Assembly (NCBI RefSeq): GCF_024521635.1
Contig: NW_026250427.1
Span: forward strand, 124,001-188,000
DNA: 64,000 bases
From: Tricharina praecox
Lineage: Eukaryota
Direction of reading: 5' to 3'
In this document: piece after piece, positions 1-11,282 of the stretch
How positions within the stretch are numbered: the first letter of the stretch is position 1
Layout: each line of letters begins with the position of its first letter
Made by a program: the position numbers and the translations under genes
Notes under the pieces: model-generated
Database searches by the model: none
What the model saw: the letters and a program-made list of their open reading frames with translations, nothing else
What the model was told of the DNA's origin: nothing

Positions 1-699
1 CTCTTTGCTCTTTGCTTTCGGTGCTGGTGCTGGTGCTGGTGCTGGTTTGGTCGTTTTTTTTGGCAATGGACTGGGGAATCGGGGCTTCAATTGTCTAAAG
101 TTGTGTGTTGAGTTTTTTTATACACGGTTTTTCGTCGTGTTTTTGTGCGTTCTGCGTGTTTTGATTTGGCTGTCATAGTCGTTGTTTTAGTCGTCTTTCA
201 AGTACTCGATAACCTTTTACTCTGGTTAAGAGATGATCAATGGCCATTGAACTTGGGGATTGTAGGTTGAAAATGTAAGCTGTTTTTTGGGGTCAATCAT
301 CGTATCGTACCGGTGGCATTCGACCTGAGGAGAGTACGGTAGGTACTCTAGATCATCGCTGCGTAAGATGTATGGAGAGTACATGTCCGTTTCCGTTTCC
401 GCTCCACAGTCGGTTGGAAACAGGCCGCAGCTTTTGTTTTTGTTTCATCATCGTAGCATTCGACTTCAGTAGATCATGGCTGTATACACTCCGGTTCCAT
501 CCCACTGTCCAACCCGACATTCACCAAGCGGCCCGATGTAGCTTTCCCTGCCCTCCGTCCCGGCCTGTCACAGCTATGAAGGTAGAGCGCACCTAAGAAA
601 TGACACTAGGAAGAGACATGTGTGTGGGGGGAAGTGGGGAGGGGGGGGGGGCAGCGAGAGTGACCCCGGCTCCTCGACCTCAGCACCTTCCTCCTCCTC

Positions 700-1545
700 T
701 TGCCTCAACTCTGCCTTCCTTTATTCCCGCCCCCGAGCGCCCACTCGGACACCTCACTTGCTGCATCTTCCTGATCAGCCTCTGGGATCCGTCTACCTAC
801 ATCAGTGGAGGAAATGAAGTCTAAAATGGCCTGGCTGCACCGCTCGTCTGCAAAGAGGTCCCGGATCTTGAATCGATCCATACCCCTCCTCATCTGCTTT
901 CGGACCTGTGCCCACAGTGGTTTCTGCTGGCTTTTCCGTTCGGAGCAGCTTTTGAAAAGGTGCTCCTGAGTCTCGGCCTGGGTCTTTTAGCGGCACCATC
1001 TGCCGCGGGCATTGGGGCGGTTCTTCGTCCATTGGAGATACTGGCCGGTGAGGCAGTGTCCTTTCTTCAACTGGTCGAACCTCGAGGCCAGGCACTTGGA
1101 GGCCGTGGCCGGGATCGGGTCCGGTCTCTGGCCAGATTTTCTGCTGAACCGGTACTTCTTGCTGGTAACTCGGGCGTCGGCTGGCCCATGCTTTGGCTTC
1201 TTTCCACTTGCTTTCCATAGTGCCTCGCCTTAGGTATGCGAGTGACGGGGGAGGTAGCTGTTGATTTTCACGGAGCTGGCACGAAGGGTTCAGATCTCTT
1301 ATATTGCTATTCCATGATCCATCGGAGAGACGGCCGGTCTATATATACTCTCCATCTCCACGAACGATCTACGTACCAATAGTGCTGGTTCTAAGGCTGG
1401 GCTTCGTCACTCCTTCCAACAGTAGCGGCCTGGTGCCGTACTTGTTCAGATAGCGGGTCCCCTACACTCCGCGAGTGATGGGTTGTCGGCTGCCAGTTTG
1501 GCCCATTCGTCGGCCTTTTCGTTCCCGGGTTGAAATGGGACGCCG
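700..1545 (-). mobile_element. Degenerate non-LTR retrotransposon (Tad1-like LINE) ORF2 3' part: RNase H end, zinc-knuckle region and C-terminus
   Basis: Minus-strand translation across frameshifts gives PGNEKADEWAKLAA (about 1488-1527, RNase H motif), then ASRFDQLKKGHCLTGQYLQWTKNRP...EHLFKSC and FKIRDLFADERCSQAILDFISSTDVGRR. These are typical of fungal LINE ORF2 ends. Broken by stops and frameshifts. Confidence 0.8.
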
Positions 1546-1767
1546 CTTGAACCCAGTGGCGTGAAAATAAAGTAATCGAGTGACACTCGATGACATGAGG
1601 CTGAAATCTCCCATGGCATATATTAGCGCACTAAAAAAAATTGTCAATGGGAAACTCCCCGCCTTGAACTTACTTGCCTGTCCGTCCACCCCACACTCCA
1701 ACACTCTGTTCCACCTACATATCCCACCCACCCCATCAATCATCTCCACCGTTGCCCCGTAGACAAG

Positions 1768-3694
1768 ATGAGCGAGTCACCCATCGAGCAGGATTCTGGC
1801 GCCGTCATCGGCATTGCCTTCGGCAATACTACAAGCTCGATTGCGTATACTTCAGCTGTGCGTACTCCATGTGGGGTCGGGGAGGGGGCGGGGATGGGGG
1901 AAATGGGGTGCTGATTTGTGAATGTGTGCGTGCAGGATGGAAAGGCAGAACTTATTGCCAACGAGGAGGGTGATAGACATATCCCGTCGGTCCTCTCGTA
2001 CCTCGATTCAGACGAGTTCCACGGTGGTGAGGCAAAGGCACAGCTCGTGAGGAACCCGACAAATACCGTGGCATATTTCCGCGACTTTTTGGGCAAGAAG
2101 TGAGTTTTCCGCTTGGGGGAGGGAGAAGAGGGGAGGGAGGGGGGTTGTGATGCTGATTGCAACGGGGAAACCTAGGTACTCTGAGATCGACCCCACAAAC
2201 AGCCACAACTCGGCGCACCCCATCGATGTCGACGGCACAGTCTCGTTCAGCGTGATCGAGAAGCACGGCAAGAAGGCGGTAAACCTGAGCATCAGCGAGA
2301 TCACCAGCCGCCACCTGGGGCGTCTGCGCCAGTCCGCCGCCGACTTCCTCGGAAAGCCCGTTACTGGCGCTGTCGTCACGGTTCCTACCGACTTCACCGA
2401 CGCCCAGCGCGAGGCCCTGGTGGCTGCTGCCAAGGGCGCGGATCTTCAGGTCCTCCAGGTCGTTCATGAGCCCATCGCTGAGGCCCTCGCCTACGCCGCT
2501 AAGGAGAACCTGCAGCCTCAGGACAAGATTCTGCTGGTCGTTGATGTCGGTGGTACCAGATCGGATGCCTCCGTCATCGCTGTTCGCGGCGGTATGTACA
2601 CCATCCTGGCCACGGCTCACGACTACGAGCTGGGTGGTGTCCACCTCGACCAGGTCCTGGTTGACCACTTTGCCAAGGAGTTCTTGAAGAAGCACAAGAG
2701 CGACCCGAGGGAGAACCCGCGTGCGCTTGCGAAGCTGAAGTTGGAGTGCGAGGGTGTCAAAAGGACTCTGTCCATTGCGACCACCGCAAGCATTGCTATC
2801 GACTCTCTGCACGACGGCTTCGATTTCCACTCGAACGTCAACAGAACTAGATATGAGCTGCTCTCGAGAAAGGTTTTCGACCAGATTGTCAAGCTGGCTG
2901 AGCAGGTTGTCGAGAAGGCCGAGCTTGATCTGTTGGATGTCGATGAGGTGTGTAGCGCCTGCGTTCCAAATGATGGGTGTACGACTTACTGATGATGATG
3001 ATGATGATGATGATAGGTGATACTCGCCGGAGGTTCTTCCCACACCCCCAAGATCGCCCAGCGCTTCGCTCAGCTCTTCCCCGAGACCACACCGGTTCAC
3101 GCACCCGCCACCGACGCGACTGCCCTGAACCCCTCCGAGCTCGCCGCCAGGGGAGCCGCTCTCCAAGCCTCGCTCGTCGCCGAGTTCGATGTCGAAGATA
3201 TTGACCAGTCCACCCACCCCGCCGTGACCGTCGCCCCCCACCTCAGCAAGGCCATCGGAGTGATCGTTGTCGGTGCCGACGGCAGCGAAGAGTTCCAGGC
3301 GATCCTGGCCGCGCAGACCGCAATCCCTGCCCGTAGACTGGCCGAGTTCTCTTCACCCGTCGAGGGCGGCGATGTCGTCATCAAGTTCGTCGAGGGCGCC
3401 AGCGAGATCCACAAGACTACTCCGGAAAAGAAGCCCAAAGCCGAGGCTACCGAGGGCGATGATGATGATGAGGACGAGGACGATGAGGAGGAGGAGGAGG
3501 AGGAAGAGATCAAGACTAAGCACATGAAGGTCGAGAAGGTCCTCGCTGAGGCCCTGCTCAAGGATGTGCAGAAGGGCCAGAAGATCGAGGTCACTATCCA
3601 GGCCGGTGCCGACTCCTCGCTGAACGTGGCGGTGAGAATCGTCGGTACCCAGCAGGGTGTCCGTGGCGTTATCAGTGCTGCTGCTGCTCCGTAG
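1768..3694 (+). CDS. SSZ1: Ribosome-associated complex Hsp70 subunit Ssz1 (about 567 aa, 4 exons)
   Basis: Exons 1768-1857, 1936-2099, 2176-2947, 3017-3694; all GT-AG and phase-consistent. Atypical Hsp70 motifs VIGIAFGNTTSSIAY, IANEEGDRHIPS, VVDVGGTRSD, ATAHDYELGG, ALNPSELAARGAALQASL. Truncated substrate-binding domain with an acidic insert, as in Ssz1. Confidence 0.93.
2990..3014 (+). repeat. (TGA)n microsatellite inside SSZ1 intron 3
   Basis: About 8 tandem TGA units running directly up to the TAG acceptor at 3014-3016. Confidence 0.9.
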
Positions 3695-4193
3695 ATACTT
3701 TTTTGTTTCTAGCTTGGGGATGGCGACGGGGACGGGATAGAGAAAAGTTATGTACTGGGTGGGGAATGGGGCGAGATGCATGGGATCCGGTGCAGACTAC
3801 CTAGATTGTGTATGGCAATATCATGGGTTTCTTTTGTTTTCCTTTTCGGCTTTTTTTTATGTTTTGTTCTGTTGTAGTTGTGAATTCGATTCGATTCGTA
3901 CTTGGATGTGTGTAATCACGAGGTATCATTCATTGCATTGCACTCAAACTCAATCACATGATCTACAGTAATTGCTTACGTACTCGTCGTCGGTCGGTCC
4001 CTGCTGGTTTGAGGCCACATTCGAGCTCCCACAAGTCTGGCTGGGCCCGCAAGCAACCTTGACACCTCCAAACATCTGCCGCCCGCAACCCCGAATCCGA
4101 CACCGACACCGCCCATCCGCAACCCCCAATCCTACACTATCAAGAATCCAATCACCATCTCGGCGGACCCAAGCTACAGCTTCTTCATCAAAC

Positions 4194-5931
4194 ATGGTAC
4201 TCCCACCAGCTAGCATTGAGGGGCAATGGGGGATGTCGGAGGAGGGGTGGTGTGTGTGTGTAAGGAGGGGTCGTGACTGACACATCGTGTGTGTTTTATC
4301 CAGGTCGTCCTAGCAGCATCCATCTGCACGCGCGGGGGCAAAGCGGTGTTATCACGGCAGTTCCGGGAGATGCCGCGGTCGCGGATCGAGGGGCTCCTGG
4401 CGGGGTTCCCGAAGCTGACGGACGCGGGGACGCAGCACACGACGGTCGAGACGGAGAACGTGCGCTACGTGTACCAGCCGCTCGACGAGCTGTACATGGT
4501 GCTCATCACCAACCGCGCCAGTAACATCTTGCAGGATATCGACTCGCTGCATCTGTTCGCCCAGGTCGTCGCGAGTGTTTGTAAGAGTCTTGATGAGAGG
4601 GAGATTCTAAGGAACTCGTTTGAGCTGCTGAGCGCGTTCGATGAGGTCGTCGCGCTCGGCTATAGGGAGAATCTGAGCCTGCAGCAGATTAAGACGTTCC
4701 TCGAGATGGAGTCCCATGAGGAGAGGATCCAGGAGATTATCTCGAGGAATAAGGAGTTCGAGGCGTCTGAGGAGCGGAAGAGGAAGGCGAAGCAACTGGA
4801 AATGCAGAGGAAGGAGATGGTCCGGAGCGGTGGGAGCGGCGCGGGAAGCGGCGGTATGGCTGGTGGCATGGGCGCCGGAAGGAGCATGGGCGGTGGTAGC
4901 AGCACGCCGAAGTTCAATACCTACAATGCCCCGGCTAAGCAAGAGTCTACCTACGATTCCTACGAGGCGGAGAAGAAGAAGACGTACTTCTCGGCATCGT
5001 CGGCACCGAAAGGCAAGGGAATGCAGTTGGGGAAGAAGAGCAAGACTACCGACATGTTCGAGAAGGTACGCAACGAGATGGGAGGGGTGGACGCGGACGA
5101 CCGCAGCCCGCTCATGGGCTCGTCTACGCCTGACGTCGCCAGTCCTGCCGCCACCAGACAAACCTTCCCAGCGGACACCCACGGCGTTACAATCACGGTC
5201 ACGGAACAGATCTCGGCGGACCTGGCTCGCGATGGAAACATCAAGTCGTTCGATATCAAGGGCAACCTCTTCGTCCGCGTGTCCGACCCGGCCCTCTCAA
5301 AGATCAGGCTCGCGGTCACGGCGGATACCAGCAGCGGCGCACAGTTCAAGACGCATCCTAACGTTGACCGTGCCGCGTTCAACACCGGCATACTGCAGCT
5401 GAAAGACACATCCCGCGAGCTCCCCCTCGCTAGCCAGTCGCTTCTCCGGTGGCAGCAGAAATCCGGCACCGCACCCATCGCCTTCACAATCTGGCTTAAC
5501 CAGCTGGGCGGTGGCCGGTACCAGGTCACTGTTGAGTACGAGCTCCAGGACGAAACCAATACCCTCCGCGACGTCACTGTGTCGATACCGTTCCAGCGCT
5601 CGGAGCCGACGGTTACCAGCATGGACGAGACCTACGAAGTCGCTGGTGACTCGCTCGACTGGACGCTGGCGAGCATCTCGGAGGAGAACGGGAGCGGCGC
5701 TTTCGAGTTTGAGGCCGAGGCCGAAGAGGAGGCGGAGTTTTTCCCGATGAGGATTGGGTTCAGAATGGAGAGGCCGGCGGTTGCCGTTGATGTGAGTTGT
5801 CTACCTCTTGGGAACAAAGGATTCGAAACTAATGATCATAGGTTGATGATATCACGCTGGTCGACTCAGGTGACAGCGTGGAATTCTCGAAGGAGGTCAA
5901 GAGCGTGGCTGAAAACTACCTTGTCGTCTAG
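4194..5931 (+). CDS. RET2: Coatomer subunit delta (about 526 aa, 3 exons)
   Basis: Exons 4194-4196 (ATG only), 4304-5791, 5842-5931. Spliced N-terminus MVVLAASICTRGGKAVLSRQF, longin motifs VRYVYQPLDELYMVLITNRASNILQDIDSLHLF and FLEMESHEERIQEII, mu-homology region with QFKTHPNVD. Ends ...VEFSKEVKSVAENYLVV*. Confidence 0.95.
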
Positions 5932-6458
5932 ATTACTTTCTGGCTGGGGTTTATATGGGTGCGAGTTAATGGGTGGTTCGCGGGGTTCGTGTGGGATGGC
6001 GGTTTGCAGTGCAATCGGTGTTTAAAAGCTAGAGCTCAAAGGATGAAATGATGATCAAAGCGATGCAGCATCGGCATGAAGCGAGTGATATGTATATCTG
6101 TTTGTCTGTCACGGATGGCGCGTAGACTCGATCTCGGACTCGGTCCGGGTAAAGGCGCGGAACGACGGGCGAGGGCAGGGTGGTGCTCGTGTAACAAAAA
6201 CAACAAGCGCATCTGCCTGTTAGATCCCTTTTCTTTTTCGCGTTTCACACACAGCCAAAACCATAACAAACACCACTGTCTCCAAGCAACGCACCACACC
6301 AGGCCAAAACAAACAAACCCCCGTCCTTCCTCCTCAACACCACCGCCACCACCACGAATACTGCACATAACGCAAACTACCGTACGTCCCCCCCCCCCCC
6401 ACACACACACATATGCAAGTCACACAACTCCTGCTAAAACCACGAACCCCTATTGTAG

Positions 6459-8797
6459 ATGACCACGACAACGACTCCATCGCCATTAACCCCCCGCTCA
6501 GCAAATAAGCGCTCAGCCGCTACGCCCACACCTGTCAAGCAAAAGCAGGCCTTCAATACTTCTACACCACTCAAGCAATCGACCACCGCGCCGGCATTCG
6601 CGCAGTCCTCACCGTTCATGAGTTTTTCGCCAGTAGTCGCGTCGAAACGGGCCTCTCCCGCGCCTGCGCCCGTGCCCGGGTCCGGGGAGGGGTCTGGGTC
6701 CGGGGAGGGAGGGAGTGAGGACCATGAGACTGACGAGTTCGCACTATTGTCGGAAACTGAACTCGAGGCGGAAACTGGAACTAGAACTACCAGTAGCGGG
6801 AAGGAGATGCCTGAGGACCGTGACGACGATGATGACGACGACGCCGGCAGTGTCTGCTCGTCGTTCTCGGACGTGGAGTATGGCTTTGGCAGCGGGAGTG
6901 GGAGTGCCGTCGGCGCTGGTGCTGGTGCCGGGGATCAGGATGAGGTGGGTATGGGTATGGGTGCGACGCTGGGTGGCACGCCGCCCGGCAGTGTGAGGAA
7001 GGGTTCGCCGCTTAAGGTATGTGATCGGTATCTTGTATGGGGGACTGGGAGGTGGAAGGCGGAAGGCAAGGAATGGCTGTGCTGACTGTTAAAAAGCCCT
7101 CGACACCGAGTACAACGAGACGGAACGTGAATCTTGCGACACCACGGACGGTGCCGCCTTCGACCGCGAAAGCTGGGGAGCTCCATTCCTCTCCGCGTCG
7201 GGCGGGAACGAGTAGTCCGCACACGCCCGCGGCCAACGACAAGACCACCAACCTGCTCGACTTCACCACGCCGTTCGAGGGCGTCGCGCGGCCGAATTTT
7301 GGGGGCGCCACGCCTGCCACACCTCGGAGGACAATCAGCTCAACGCCGCGCACGGGATCGCCGATTAACAGGCCGCCATCCACACCGACGGAGAAAAGGT
7401 TTTTTCATTTATTGGATTTCACGCCCGGGCCCGTCGCGACGCCGAATTCAATCCCGTCGATCACGCCCAGAGAGGTCGAGGAGCTCAAGGCCGGGTTTAA
7501 TGCACAGGTCTCCCTACTCACCGCGCAGCTTGATGGGCGGAAGGTCGAAGTGGAGGGGCTCCGTGCTGCTGTGCAGGAGACGGAGGCGCGTTGCGCAGAG
7601 CTGTCGAATACTCTCAGTGACCTGAATGAGTCTTTCGATGCTGAGCGCGAGTCATGGAATAAAGTCAAGGTGGAGCTGGGCGAGTTGTTCGAGCTTGAGA
7701 AGGCGGAGAGGGAGCAAATCTCGTCGCTTTTGGGAGAGAAGGAGCATATTGTTGAAGAACTGCACACGGAATTGGAGTCGAAGGATACAGAAGTTAAGAA
7801 TTTGAGGAAGCGCCTTCGGGATACGGAGGATGATCTGGATAGGACGAGAGAGGAGGTTATGCGGATGAAGACGGAGGTTACGGATGCCCAGTCGATGGCG
7901 AATTCTGCGCTGGAGGCTGCCGAGGCGGCGCAGGCTGAAGCAGATCGGGCTACCCAGTCCGCACTGTCCGGCGGCGCAGCTCCCGCTTCTGGCATTCCCG
8001 CCACCAACACCTACGCTGATCCCGCTACTCCAAAGACGACGCAAGACGAGGTTGAACGCGTCGCGCGCGAACTCCACACACTCTACAAGGCCAAACACGA
8101 AACCAAGGTCGCCGCCCTCAAGAAGTCTTACGAGACCCGCTGGGAAAAGAAGGTCGCCGCGCTGCAGCACCAAGTCGACTCCCTCAAGCTCCGCAACGTG
8201 GAGCTGGAGGAAAAGAACCTTGAGAAATCGACTGCAGATACGTCTACTCCCAAGACTGCCGTCGCGCCTGCGTCGACAGATGAGGATCTCCGGAGACAGC
8301 TGGCGCAGCTGCAGCTCGATCTTCAAAATGAGAGGCAGGAGAAGGAGGGCATCGTTAGCCTTGTCGAGGAGCTGCTCGCTATCCAGCAGACGCACCAGAT
8401 GCAGTTTCAGCAGCAACAGGAGGAGAGTGAGAGTGAGAGGGGGAGGGCAAAGGGGAGGGGGGAGAGGGAGAGGGAAGACCGGAAGGAGGCACAGGAAGCA
8501 CAGAAGACTGAAGTCGTCGTCGAGAAGAGGAGGATTAGCGGCCCCACCATTGCTCCCGACGCTTCTGCCAGAACATCATCGGCTGCGGAGAAGAGCAGGC
8601 CAGCGGCTTCCACTTCCACCTCCGGCACAGCCTCCGCCGCCGGCGGTGCGCGCAGTGGCATCGCAAAGTCGGGATTCGCCGCAAAGCGTGCCGAGATGGT
8701 CGCCGCTATGAAGAAGCAGAAGGAACTCAGAGAGAAAGAGGCTGCGGCGGCGGCGGATGGTGATGTGGACCCAGACGCGGATTCGTTTGTCATGTAG
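6459..8797 (+). CDS. Fungal TACC / Slk19-Alp7-like coiled-coil spindle/kinetochore protein (about 752 aa)
   Basis: Exons 6459-7016 and 7097-8797 (GTATGT...GCTGAC...AAG intron, phase 0). N-terminal half is S/T-P rich, followed by a long coiled coil. Contains VERVARELHTLYKAKHETKVAALKKSYETRWEKKV, which I recognise as the fungal TACC (Slk19-type) signature. Confidence 0.75.
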
Positions 8798-9959
8798 AAG
8801 ATTGGCAGTTGGATGAGTTGAGTTTGTAACACGTACCTACCTACCTACCTAAGTAGTTCTGTTTTTGTTCTTTTTGCCACTACGTACTATGATTGATTGA
8901 TCTTTGGGTTTTGCGTGCAAAAGAGGGTGTATGCTTTATATTATACGGTTTGCGTTCTGCGTTCTGCTTGTGTTGTGTTTGTTTTGTTTATCCTAGGGGG
9001 GAATGGGAGTTGAGTTCTTGGAGATACCGTAGGAGATGAATAGGTAGTGGAAGGTACCGTAGTGGAATACCCAGTGTGCGAGCGAATGGATAAGGAGTTG
9101 AAGCACGTGAGCCATGAGGTGAAACTGTGCATTTGCCTAGAAGCATGCGTGCAGTCGGCGGTGATGTGGTGTAACTTGTAAACAATCGCAGTATAAAGTG
9201 CCATTCTGATGTACATGTTTCACATAGTCTCGACAATGGAGATGGTCAACCGCGTGGACTACGAACAAAGTGCCCACCATATACAATCACTCGGCGGAAT
9301 CCGTCAAAATTTATTGAAATTGAGAGAACTTGACTTTGAGAAAAGGGATTGCTTTTAAAGAGAAACAACGAGCTCGTGTATGTAAACAAAGAGATGAGGC
9401 CTCTGACAAAGAATGCTACGATAGGTAGACAATGCCGCACTGAGCTGGGCTGGGCTAAAGAGGCTGGATCTGGGGGAGATACCTGGGACAATGCTGACTT
9501 CTTGCGGCGACGATGCGAAAGGACAAAGAACAGTACCATGACCTAGTGAGCAGAATAAGCAAGAAGAGGCATACAGCAGAGCAGAGGAGAACAATCGAAA
9601 CGGCTCACGAGTGCTGTTGCGAACATTATTCGCCTTTGTGTAGGGGTTTCTGTTGCTTCACGGCTGCCGGTTACCAGAGTATGAACTCTACAGTTACGTG
9701 AGAACGGCACTCCGGAATCCTTGGGATCTTGCATATTTCTCTCGAGCTGTTGCTGCTGCTGCTGTCCCCCGCGAGCCCACCTCCCACCTTCCCACCTTCC
9801 CTCCCTCCCGTTGGACTGCCCAAACCCAAACAGCCATCGAAAGTTGCCCGATTGCCCGCGGGTGGTGGTGGCGATCACGGTGGTGGCTCCGGTGAAGCTT
9901 GTGATCGTGGTAGTGGCGGATATTTCCGCTTTTCCAACTCACTACTGGACCTGGGGCGA

Positions 9960-10105
9960 AAAGATGGGGGAGGGAGAGGGGGTTTTATAGCATTATGTGG
10001 TCGAGCTTGGAACCGGAGGGTCACGGATTGGTTATGGTAGCCGTCATTGGAGGTGGTGTGGTTGATTCACAGGCTGTCAGTCGTCATTCGAGCTCGACAC
10101 CAGTT
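9960..10105. repeat. Copy 1 of a ~140-bp dispersed direct repeat (copy 2 at about 10845-10981)
   Basis: ttttatag...gtggtcgagcttggaac(c/t)ggagggt(c/g)acggattg..tatggtagccgtcattgg...attcacaggct.tcagt.gtca.ttcgagct.gacaccag occurs in both places. Confidence 0.85.
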
Positions 10106-10844
10106 TCTGGAAGAGCGAACTTGGAAGAGGCGGTAAGAGCCAGCAAGGCTTTTTTATTATATATAGCTACTCCCACTCAACTGTGGCAGACACTTTTGTT
10201 TTTTGTTCAATCATCATTGCATTCGACCTTACATTAAGTAGGTTTACATAGCTGTTTCCACCCGGCTGCCACCGACTGCTGGCCGCGAGCTCGATACCGG
10301 TGCCCTATTGCTCTCCGCCCAGCCCTCTCCGCCCAGCCCTCTCCGCCCAACCATCCCTACTTAACCCTCCCCGCTCAACACCAGCCATAAAGACAGAAAA
10401 GGAAGAATGAAAGCAGGAAAGAGAGAGGCAATGTGTGAATGAATGTATTCGTTAATCTAGTTCTCGTCCCGTCCAACCTCCTGTAAGCTCAACCAAGAAA
10501 TCCGGTTCCTCGTCTCTGCCACCCGTGTTCTTTATGTCCTCCGACCAGTCACCTCATTCGTCCTGTATCCTCTTTTTCGCCCCAGTTCTCACGCTCTCCC
10601 AGTCTATTGCCGGTTCTGATGATGTCTGGGTGAGGAGGCGGGTGGAAGAGGGACAGGCCCGTCTTTTCCTTCGCGCTTTCGTCTCTCTCCTGGCTCTTGC
10701 TTCTCTCTTCACTTCCGCCCTTGCCGCCACCACTGTTCTTCCACCTGCCCTCTCTGGTCCTGCTGTAGGACATATGGGGTTTACTGCTGCCGCTTCCAGG
10801 TCAAAGGGTTGGCTCGGGTATTCCGATGTGTCTTCTAAGCCAAG

Positions 10845-10981
10845 GTGGGGGGTGGGGAGGGGGCTTTTATAGGTGGTCGAGCTTGGAACTGGAGGGTGAC
10901 GGATTGACTATGGTAGCCGTCATTGGGGGTGGCTTGGCCCATTCACAGGCTCTCAGTGGTCACTTCGAGCTTGACACCAGC
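10845..10981. repeat. Copy 2 of the ~140-bp dispersed direct repeat
   Basis: Aligns by eye with 9960-10105, with scattered substitutions and small indels. Confidence 0.85.
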
Positions 10982-11126
10982 TCCCCGAGGAGTGTGCTTG
11001 GAGTGGACTATGGCGACCACCAACTTCCCGACCTTTCCTGCCAGCGTCACGGGGCTAGAGAGAAAGCCCTATCGCCTCGGCTCGATGCTGCACCGCTGCC
11101 TACCAACCAATTTTACAGAGGAAAAA

Positions 11127-11282
11127 CAAATAGTAGAGTGAGAGAGAGAGATCTTCAGTTTATTCCGCATGCAGCCTATCTAGACTATGGCGAACAAATA
11201 GTAGAGTGAGAGAGAGAGATAGATCTTCCTGTTTTATTTCGCATGCAGCCTATCTAGACTACGGCGAAAAATAGTAGAGTGA
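11127..11282. repeat. Tandem repeat, ~70-75 bp unit, about 2.2 copies
   Basis: aaatagtagagtgagagagagagat...tttatt.cgcatgcagcctatctagacta.ggcgaa is repeated and ends in a third aaatagtagagtga. Confidence 0.85.

Noticed and set aside
1..176. Possible minus-strand coding start or exon (TIEAPIPQSIAKKTTKPAPAPAPAPKAKSKE) running off the window edge
   Set aside because: Short, low complexity and truncated; no recognisable domain, and the exon structure cannot be verified.
1952..3241. 429-aa antisense ORF over SSZ1 (and similar antisense ORFs over RET2, the BiP-like gene and the ankyrin gene)
   Set aside because: Shadow ORFs arising from codon bias, a well-known artefact opposite Hsp70 genes; no motifs.
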